Positions 38,144-48,213 of a DNA stretch of 48,213 nucleotides are shown one piece after another. Position numbers and translations under genes: made by a program. The stretch is from Conidiobolus incongruus B7586 (Eukaryota), in assembly GCA_000697335.1 (NCBI GenBank), contig JNEM01012480.1:1-48213 (forward strand), in the 5' to 3' direction. The notes beneath the pieces are model-generated. The model was not told the DNA's origin and ran no database searches. It saw only the letters and a list, made by a program, of their open reading frames with translations. Numbering within the stretch: the stretch's first letter is position 1; each line of letters opens with the position of its first letter.

Positions 38144-40593
38144 TTATTTTAATTTATCTATTAAATAAAAGAATAATCTCAAAATATTATAAACTCTATA
38201 ACCTTTGTTTTATATATAAACAATATTGAACTATCTTATCTATTTAACTATATATATTAATATATCTTATATGCTCTTAATATTTATTATATATATTTTC
38301 AATATAATTACCATCTTTTAATTATTTTTATTTTTTATTTAATATCCATAAATAATTAAAATCTTTTCTTTAAAAATAAAACCGAAATAAGTTTTCAGGT
38401 AAATTATTAGAAAATAAGTTATTTCTAATAGCAATAATAATTCACTTATAAATTTATATATTTTATATCTAATATATAAGAATACCAATATTACAATTAA
38501 AGAATCATTTAATTTTAAACCTAAATATATTATTACTTTTAGTGAAATTACCTAAGATAATATGAATAAAGTTTTTTAATTAAAATTATCTTAAATAACA
38601 TTCCTTATATTATTTTATATAGTAGCTGATATACTAATATAGTTGTTAACAAAGAATCTATTAAAAATAATCTTAAAATAATAATAATACCATTATCAAA
38701 AATTAAACATACATTTATTATAAATAAATATTTAATTTTAATTAAATATAAATACTATAGTATTATAGTTTTTATAGGTTTTACTTCAACCTATTATAAT
38801 TTCATTATTGCTTTAATCTGATATAATGTCATTTTAAGCCTATCATAAAATTATATTTAATAATAAATAAGTTGATTAAGACACTTATGTAATTTATATA
38901 AAATTTAAAAAAATTGAATATTAAAATAATATAAACTTAACCTTAGTGAACTTTTAATATATAAATATAATTAAATTACCTATTAAGACTAATTTAATAT
39001 TAATTTAAATATCTTAGTTTCTGTTGAAAATAACTTTATTAATAAATCATATTAAAAAAATAAAATAAATAAAATAGATAAAATTAACAAAAAACCTAAT
39101 AACAAAGACTTACACTTATATACTAATAGCTTTATATTTAAATTTGTTGATTGATTGTAAAATAAATTACTTGATAAATTATCCCTTCAATATCTAATTA
39201 ATTTTAAATTAAAACTTTACCCAGATATAAAATTAAAAAACCATTTTATTTATATAATATCTAATATTAAAATAAAAGGGCTTTAAGAAATCCTAGAAAA
39301 ACTAAAGAAAAGAAGATAAATCTATAAATGTAATATTTTATTTACCTTATTTATATTTATTATTGAAAAAAAATTCTGGTTATTAACTCCTAATAAATAT
39401 ATAACAACTAAATAATATTTTCAAAAATTACTCTTAGCTATAATTAAACATTTATTCCCTTTTTTATAAATATAAAAGATGTTTAATCTTCTTAATATTT
39501 TATATAATAAGTAAATATCAATAATGTTATATTTATCTTAAATTTAAAATCTTTAATATATTTTATTATCTTTTTAATATTTTTGCTTGGAGAATTTTTT
39601 TATAATGATATAAGGTATTATTTTCAGCTTTTAATAAAATAATATAGTTAATCTTTAAAGATATATTCTTTGTTTATATTTACCTAGATAATCTACTAAT
39701 ATGTTGAAATAATAAAGATGAATATAAATACCACCTTGAATTAATATTTTAATATCTTTAAAAAAATCACTTATATATTAACAAAAAAACTATTTATTCT
39801 TAAATTTTGTTAAATACCTTGATTATATTATATTAAGAAAAAGGGTTTATATTAACTTTAAAAAAATTACAACATAAAAATTAACTGATTCCTATAAATA
39901 TTAAATAAGTAAAATAGTTTTTAAATGCCTTTAAATATTATTATTAGTTTATTCTTAATTTTACTAAAATTATAACCCTGTTAAATTAACTCTTAAGGAA
40001 AAAAATTAAATATAACTAATTTAAAAATTATTAAATAACTTTAGAATAATTAAAAGAACTTTTGTATTCAACCCTAATCTTTTACCTATTTAATTTTAAT
40101 TTAAACACTTATGTTATAATAAACACTAGTAATTCTGCTATAGGTGTTATACTTGAATATAGTTATTTAGATAATTAACACTTAATAGAATTTATATTTA
40201 AAAGCTTAAATAATATATAATATAAATATAAAGTTAATAATAAAAAACTATTTGTAATTATTTTAAGCTTTAAATATTAACATTATTATTTATTAAAATA
40301 TTATGTTATTTTTGAGATTAATTATCACTTTCTTAAATATAATAAAACTTAAGAAAATTATCTTTTATTTAAATACAATAGTTAAATATTATTAATAAAT
40401 ATAATATTAAAATTTGCTAAAAACTTAATAATATAAATCATTTAACTAATAAATTATCTTATTGTTTTAATCTTAAAATAACTAATATTTAAACTTTTAG
40501 TATTAGAAAAAAGCTACTTAATTATATTTTATAAAGTTATGTAAAAGATATATATTCTAATATTGTTTACTAAATATTAAATAACTTTGTTTA

Positions 40594-40989
40594 TATAAGA
40601 ATAGTGGTAATACCAATATATTGTAGAGAAAAACTTAATATAAGAATAACATGACACAAAACATAGTTTTATAATATGATTATAGTATACAAATATAAAC
40701 AAAGTTTAATTAAGCTTTGAACTGGGATAAATCACTAATATATTAAGAATTATATTAGGTAGTGTTAATATACTATAATATTAATAGAATGTAGTTTCAA
40801 TTTTAAAAATAATAAAAAGATAAAGAATAGTAAGAATTGAGAGAAAAAAGAAAAACCTGGTTTATTAAATAATTCAATGCTATTTATATAATTAATTTAA
40901 CTCTAAAAGTATAAATTAATTATATAATTTATAGTTAATTGAGTTATATGAAAATATATAAAAGAATTTAAAAAAATAGTCTTTTAATA
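40594..40989 (-). repeat. 3' LTR of Gypsy A2
   Basis: Reverse complement matches the A1 LTRs. Confidence 0.88.
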
Positions 40990-43900
40990 TTACCCTAATA
41001 GGTTTCTTAGAAAGGACACACTCTTTAGATTTTTGTAAATAGGTATAATAAGCTAAGGTATATTTAATATTTTCTAGGGGTTCTTATATAGCTTCTTTAA
41101 TAAGATAACCTATCTATTTGATATAGAAATATAGTTTATTCTTAATAGATTTAGATTTAATTATATAAATAATATAGTATTCTTCTTCTTTATTTTAATA
41201 AATAATTAGATCTAGTTTTAGGGTTTTTAATTAATTAGGAAAAATATTAAAATCTTCAAAATAAAGTTTAATTTTGGATATATAAAAGGTAAAGTTGATC
41301 CTTGAAGTTAAAGGTAATTCTAAGGTAATATTTTCAAATTTAAATCAATAGATTAAATTTTATATGAACTATAATATAATAGCAAGTATTTTAGATTTAA
41401 GCTAGATTTGAGTAAGATAAGTTTAAAGGCAAATTATTCTAAATATACAAACATACTAGTTTTATATTTAAGAGGATTTCTAGATAATTTTAGATATTAT
41501 TCTTTTATAATCCTTTAATTCTTTTCCTAGTTAAATTTAATAAGGGAATTAATATGTTTAATATTAGATTAAAATTCAATAATATCTAAAAATATATTGA
41601 TTTAAAGTTTTAAAGCAATTATTAAATTAAAGTGTTTATTATAATTAGTTAAATAAAAGCTAAAACCTGTTGATTTATTAATAAAGATATTAAATAAATA
41701 TTGAAGTTGGTAGATATAAATATTTTAATTTAACTGATTAATATTAATATAAGCTTTAATCATTTATTTTAAGGTTTTAATAATTTTTTTCAATAAATTT
41801 ATTAGTTTAATAATGATTAGTAATAAACATAGCTAGATTAATCTTAAAAAAATAGTAAATTCTAAAATTAAGAGTTGAATTACATATCTTTATTAAATAT
41901 AATAGTTTGTAGAATTCTATAATAGATAAAGATATTAGAGAATAATAGTTTTGTAATATTTTTAGCTATAGAAGTTTTGAAACAAGGAATAAAATAAACA
42001 TATTTATAGAATAAATCAATTATAGTTAATAAGTTATACATAACTAATTGTTGATTTAAAGATTCCTATAAAATCAAGTTGGATTTGTTATTAAGTTTTA
42101 TTAGGGACTTATAAGGGAATAAGTTTATTATATTTTAGTTAGGTATTATATTTAATTCTTTAGCATATATTATAGGTATTAATATATTTCTAAACTAATT
42201 TAATTAAAAAAAGCTAATAATATCTTATTTTAATTTTCTCAGAAATCTTTACCTAGTTTTAATGTCTTCTAATAAATAAGTTATAATACTCATTAAATAT
42301 TACTAATTAAATCTTAGGAATATTAAGGATATATAAACAATTATTATAATATAGTAAGTTATCAATAATTTTAAATCTTTTAACATATTTTAATTTGTTT
42401 TCTAATAGTTTAGAGAGTTCTTTAATTAAAATAAAAAATCATTATTTAGTAGTATTTTTTTAAATAGTTTAATAAATTTTTTATTTACTTCATTAATAAA
42501 TATTATATTAATATCTGCTGGGTTTTTATAATTAGAATAAAAGAATAGATATATAAGATTTTTTAACAAAGTATCTATAATATAATTCTATTAACCTAAG
42601 AGATATTAGATAAAAAAAAGGTAAGCTTAGATAGTTTTAATTTATCTAGCTTATCTTCTTATTAAATACTTTTGAGTATTTAAGTAGATGAGTGATTTGT
42701 GATTTATAAATACTAGGAAAAAATTACAAGATAAAAAATATAAATGATTTTTAATTATTTTTATTAAAACAAAGAGTTTTTATTTATAAACTAGGTATTT
42801 TAATTTTGCTAGCTTTATTTTTCTTAACTAGAATGTTATAAGCTTTAAGATAATATTTATAGGATTAAACTTAATTTATTCTCTTTTATTTATTATTTTA
42901 TCTTATAGTTAAAGGGTAAAATATAAATTAAATTTAAATTAGGCTAATTATTTATTAATTGTAAAATACTAAAATTAGTAAAAATAATGATAGGTAGTTT
43001 AAGATTAATAATAAATAAAGTAAAAGTATTGATAATATAGAAAATTAAAATATTTATATAAAAAGTAGATAGTAGGGTTTATTCAAAAAAAGAGTTTTTT
43101 CTTAAGAGATTAGTTAAAAAAACTACAAGTTTAACAAAAGAATCAATGAAAGCTTTTAAGTAATTTAATAATTTAACTATAAATATTAGTTGATCTTTAT
43201 TTATAAATATAGTAAAAACTTTTACACCATTGAGTTTAGTTAGATTAATACTAATTTTTTAAGAAAAAACAATATATCTATAGAAGGAGATAGAAGAAAC
43301 ATTAAAAATATATTTTGATAGCTTTAAAGATAATTTATATTCTTGAATAATTTATAAGATTTAATTTATATATTAGATATATTCTTCTTTATTTTTAAAT
43401 AAATTAAAGTATTATTAAGATAAGTAATAATAAAGTTATTAAAGATAAAACTAAAAAAGAAATTGATAAATCAAGTGAAAATTACAAAGACATTATATAA
43501 TTGAAAGTTTATAACAGTAAATTCATAGTAGCTTAGTAAAATATTAAAAGTAGTTAAAAGAATAAAATTTTCTTCAACTTTAAAATTATAATAACTATTT
43601 TTAACATCTAATTTATTGAATATAGTGGATCTAAGTAATTTATCCCTAATATTATATAGGTTTAATAATAGAGTTTTATCCTTGATAATTTTAAAGTTTA
43701 AAACATAGTTATTAATATATAGTCTCTAACTATCATTAGTTTTTTATATAAAGAAGATAGGAGATTTTTATAATAAGGAAAAAGGTTTAATATATCCATT
43801 TTCAAGTGATTTTTAGATTTCTTCTTTTAAAGTTTAGTATTGTTTAAGAGATAAATGATAAGTAAGCTTTAAATATAATTATATACATAAAAGAAATTTA

Positions 43901-45894
43901 ATTTTATGTTTAATATTATATGTAAGAGGTAATCTACTTATAAGTTAAAAAATATTAGCAAATTAACTTATTATATTATATAAAAAATGGTTATTAGTTA
44001 TAACTTCATTGAAATTAATAAATAAGGTATTAATAGATAAATAATAAACAAATATATATCCCTATAAATTATTAAGGTTTTTAATTAGTTTTTTATATTA
44101 GTTTTTACTTATAATAATAAAATTATTTGATATAATTATAGAGTTAGTATTAGATAAAGTATTTAGTAGTTTTATTATAGGGTAATGTAAATTTTTTAAG
44201 ATTAATTCTACTAATTTTTTTTAAAATAAAGATAAAATAGATTTGTAACTATTTAGAATAATAGTTATAAATAGAAAACTATAGTATTTAAACTAATTTG
44301 AATATAATATACATTATAACCAGTATTACCAACTAGGAATTTAATATATTGAGAGTAGTTAAGAAATAGTAATAAGTATCTAGATATAATATTATATGCT
44401 TGTTCTATTAAATTATTAGTATATTTAATTATTAAGCTGTTTTTTTAAGTAGGTAAATATAGTTTTTTAATAATAAAAAAAGAAATAATATTACTAGAAC
44501 AACTAAAGTAAATTAAAACATTAACAAGTATATTTATAAAATATCTAGTTAAAATAAATAATAAGGTGATAGTTAAAGGTAAAAAATTATAAGCTAGATT
44601 AGTTACTAGAATATTTTTAGTTTCTAGTGGTTTAATTAGTTAAATTTCTTTAGTATATATAATTTAATTTGTGGAATCATTAGTGTATTAGAACTTTTGT
44701 AGATTAAATTAGAATCTGTTAACTAATTATAAAAAAAATGATTTTAAGGTAATATTAATATTATTTAAGTTTTATTTATGGTTGGTAAATTAAGATTATT
44801 AAGCATTAAATAGATGTTGCTTTTTAAAAAAATACTTATCAGCTTTATAAATAACCTCTGATTTTTAGCAATAGTAGCAACTTTTATTTACTTTCAAGTA
44901 GGCTTTAGCTTCTTTACTAAAAATTTTCTTATAAAGCCTTAAAACAAAAACATTTATTATTTGAAATTTAAGTAAGTTAGAGTATGTTTTAAAAAATTAA
45001 TTCTTAAGATAGGAAGATTTAGTTATAGAATAAAAAATATTATCAATTATAATTGTTTTATCACAAATCTTAAAAAAAGATATATTATCAAAATGTTCTT
45101 TGCTAATTAACTAGAGTTTTATTTAAAAGTTAAAGCATTATAATAACTTTTAAATTTATTCTTCTTCAGTGATATTTAATATGTTTAAATATATCTCATT
45201 TAATTTATCAATTAATTATCTTATAAAAGTTTTCTATTCAAGTTAAGAAAGTTTTTTTTATTAATTAAACTTGATTTTTTAGGTAATACCTTTCTTTAAG
45301 GGCTTTTTCTGATTATTTAAAGGTTTATATTTTGGTAGTAGGTTATCCCCCTAAAAATTCTTTAGGATTAAATTTGTAATAAGTTAACTATTAAGTATAA
45401 GTAGATTTTTCCAAAAAATAAATAGCTAATTTAAAGATAATTTTTAAATCTTTATCAGGAATTAAATTAAGATAATTCTTTATATCTGTAAAGTTATTTT
45501 CAAGCTTGTAAAAGTTTTTAAAATTATTATAAGTGGTTAGTTTGTTTTTAAAGACACTAAAGAAGTAGTTTAATATATTAATTATAGTAAAATAATTAGT
45601 TTATTAGATTTAAGCTTTTTAAATCATGTTTTTCTCAACTAGAAATTATTTAATATAAGTTTCTTAGAGGGTAACAAGCTTTTAAAGACTAAAGTTTTAG
45701 ATTCACTTAGTAATTAAGCTATTATTATTATTAAAATAATATAAGGGTATCTCTTTTTTTAGTAGTATTATAGTGTATAATATTAAATTTAAGTAAAATA
45801 AGTTATAAATAAAACTTAAAATAATAATAAATAGATTTAATATAGGTAATTATTAATTTTTAATAGGTTTTTAGTAGTTTTATTGTTACTACTA

Positions 45895-46288
45895 TATAAA
45901 CATAGTGGTAAATATTGATATAGTATAAAGGAAAACTTAATATAAGAAATGTATAATACAGAATATAGTATTATAATATAACTATAATGTATAAATATAA
46001 AAAAAGTTTAATTAAGCTTTAAACTAGGATAAATTACTAATATATTAAGATTTATATTAGGTAGTGTTAATATATTATAATATTAATAAGATATAGTTTT
46101 AATCTTAAAAATAGTGAAAAAATAAAGAATAGTAAGAATTGAGAAGAAAAAAAAACTAGTTTATTAGATAATTCAATGTTATTTATATAATTAATTTAGC
46201 TATAAAAGTATAAATTAATTATATAATTTATAGTTAATTGATTTATATGAAAATATTTATAAGAATTTAAAGAACTAATATCTTAATA
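45895..46288 (-). repeat. 5' LTR of Gypsy A2
   Basis: Reverse complement matches the A1 LTRs and is followed by the PBS remnant TAGTAGTAAC (45894-45885). Confidence 0.88.
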
Positions 46289-47693
46289 AATTACCTTATT
46301 AATAAAAACTTAATTATGAAATTAAAATTTAATCAACTATATAATAACCCATTATATTATATAGTTAATAATATATTTCATTTAAATATACTTAAATAAA
46401 ATAAATTATGTAAATTATTAATCTATAAGAATTATAATATTTTTATCTTTAAATATCTTAAATATAATATCATTTTTAATTATCTCAAATAATATTATTA
46501 ACTTTAAAGAAATAAAGCTATTAAATATTATATTTGCTTTTGCAATACTTATTAAAAAACTAAAGAATATACTTAATTAAAATATAATCTCTTTTATCTT
46601 TATAAAGTCTTTTTATATTTTTTTCATATTATTTTAATAGATTTAATAATCTTATTTCTTAAAACAAAGAGGGATAATGATGTTATCTTAGTTATTATAG
46701 ATAAACATTCAAAATTCACTAAATCTAATACCTTTATATAAAAAAGTTTATATCTTAAATAATTTCATAATTTTATTTCAAAATTATTTTTTATTATTAT
46801 AACCTCTTCTGTATTATAATTTTAGACTATAACTTTTATTTTATATCATTATTCTAAAAAAGTCTCTTCAAACTAACCAAAACTAAGTTAAATATAATAT
46901 TTACAAACTACCTAAAAAATAATAAAGAAATAAAAAGAAAAAATCAAATAATTAAATAGTTAAATAAATATTTTATATATTTATTAACTTTAAATTAAAT
47001 AATTAAAATCTATTTTTTTTTCTTCTGTTGAATTTACAATCAAATTATTTAAATAATTAAGTATTAAGAAATCCATAATAAAAATTATTTTTAATTATAA
47101 CCCTATAATACTAAGGTTTTTTAATAACCTTTACTCTGTATTATTTAAATTGGCTAATGTTAATTAATTTATTCAATAACATAAAAACATAAAACATATA
47201 ATTAAAGATTTATTAATCAAAAATTAAAATTATATAGCTATATATATTAACTACTTCTATTATTATATCAATTTCAATATTAGTAACTAAGTTCTTATAG
47301 ATATAAAATAACTTAGTATTAATTATAAAAAAAAGTTATGCTTTTAAGAAATTAAATATTAAATGGATTAGCTTATTCAAGATTATTAACAAAATATCAC
47401 TAATTATTTATAAATTAAAATACCCAGCAAATATAAAAACTTATAAAAATATTTATGTATCTTTTCTTAAACTTTTCTTAAATTATTAAGATGAATTAAA
47501 GTGTCTTAATATAGTTTATAATAATTATTATAAAGTAAAATATCTTATTGTTGAGAGAAAACTATATGGTAATAAATAATTTTTTATTAAATAGAAAGGT
47601 TATTTTATAATAAGATTAAGTTAATAATAAAGATATTAATCTTGAATTAATTGAACAATATATATATGGTTAAAATTTAGAAAAAAGAAAGAA

Positions 47694-47932
47694 TGTTGGT
47701 AATATTATCAACCCTTAAACCATTATAATCTAATAATTGCTTTATAATTACTAACTTATCTAATAATATTTAATTTTATTTTTATTAATAATATTAAACA
47801 TAAGATAAGAGTGAGGGGTTTTTTTAAGATAAATAAATAATAAATATTAAATTCAATATAAAATAAAAATAGACGTATATATTTACTTTTATTATTTTAA
47901 TTATAAGCCTTAATTAAATAGAAAATATAATA
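47694..47932 (+). repeat. 3' LTR of Gypsy B
   Basis: Begins TGTTGG right after the PPT and ends before the TTAAA TSD. Confidence 0.85.
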
Positions 47933-48213
47933 TTAAAGCAAGAAAAGAAAATATTTCAAACTTATTAAAATTTAAAAAATTTACATTTATTATTATTTTT
48001 TTGATTATTAATAAAATAAAAAAATACATTAAAAAATATTTTTTTTAATTAAAAAATTATCTAATTATTTAATTATTATTTTAAAAATATTTTATATATA
48101 TTAAAATTTAAATTTAAATTAATAAATTAAAATATAAAATAAATACCTTATAATTTAATTAAAGCTTAAATAAAGTTAAATTAATTATATTTAATTAAAA
48201 CTTACTAGAATAT

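Larger units (their letters stand above)
40594..46288 (-). mobile_element. Decayed Ty3/Gypsy chromovirus, family A copy 2 (about 5.7 kb), inverted, nested in Gypsy B between RNase H and integrase
   Basis: Reverse-complement collinear with 24619-30333 along its whole length. YLNN at about 43413-43424. Flanks GTTTA/AATTA form an imperfect TSD. Confidence 0.93.
35508..47932 (+). mobile_element. Decayed Ty3/Gypsy chromovirus, family B (about 5.4 kb after removing nested M3 and A2)
   Basis: LTRs of about 238 bp, a perfect 5-bp TSD TTAAA (35503-35507 and 47933-47937) and a purine-rich PPT at about 47679-47693. RT YLDN at 39681-39692. RNase H INTSNSAIGVILE at about 40115-40160. Integrase VILVIIDKHSKFT at about 46682-46720. 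Chromodomain YYKVKYLI...FFIK*KGY at about 47525-47605. Confidence 0.9.
35187..48213 (+). mobile_element. Degenerate mariner element M4 (35187-35507, resuming at 47938 and running off the window), interrupted by Gypsy B
   Basis: Left TIR TATTATTGTAAATTTAAAATAATAAGAAATTTT matches the M3 TIR. The transposase ...aattattttaaa | gcaagaaaagaa... rejoins exactly as in M3 (NYFKARRE) across the TTAAA duplication. Confidence 0.8.

Noticed and set aside
24619..47932. Alternative genetic code (TAA/TAG read as sense) as an explanation for in-frame stops in the TEs
   Set aside because: Stops replace Trp/Gln codons alongside missense changes of the same type (GAT->AAT) at catalytic residues, and host genes terminate normally at TAA/TGA without internal stops.
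1..48213. CRISPR array, tRNA/rRNA genes, prokaryotic operons
   Set aside because: No regularly spaced repeat-spacer structure or RNA gene signature seen; the sequence is eukaryotic with spliceosomal introns.

Overview
This is a very AT-rich eukaryotic (fungal) window. The short 50-63 nt GT-AG introns, fungal-type TF domain proteins and a peroxisomal enzyme suggest an early-diverging aerobic fungus such as an entomophthoralean, but that is inference only. The left half holds two intronless, same-strand paralogues of about 580 aa with a fungal transcription-factor middle-homology (Fungal_trans/MHR) domain and no Zn2Cys6 cluster, plus a 4-exon MOG1 gene. The right half holds two nests of decayed transposons separated by an intact 4-exon ECH1 gene. 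Nest 1 is a mariner interrupted by a full-length Ty3/Gypsy chromovirus and by a second mariner. Nest 2 is a mariner interrupted by a second chromovirus family, which itself carries a mariner and an inverted copy of the first chromovirus. The most striking signal is that all repeats are saturated with C->T/G->A transitions (TGG->TAG/TAA, YLDD->YLNN, CpG almost absent, CpA and CpT also hit), while adjacent single-copy genes are untouched. This is a RIP-like, repeat-directed hypermutation signature. All alignments and counts were done by eye and are approximate.
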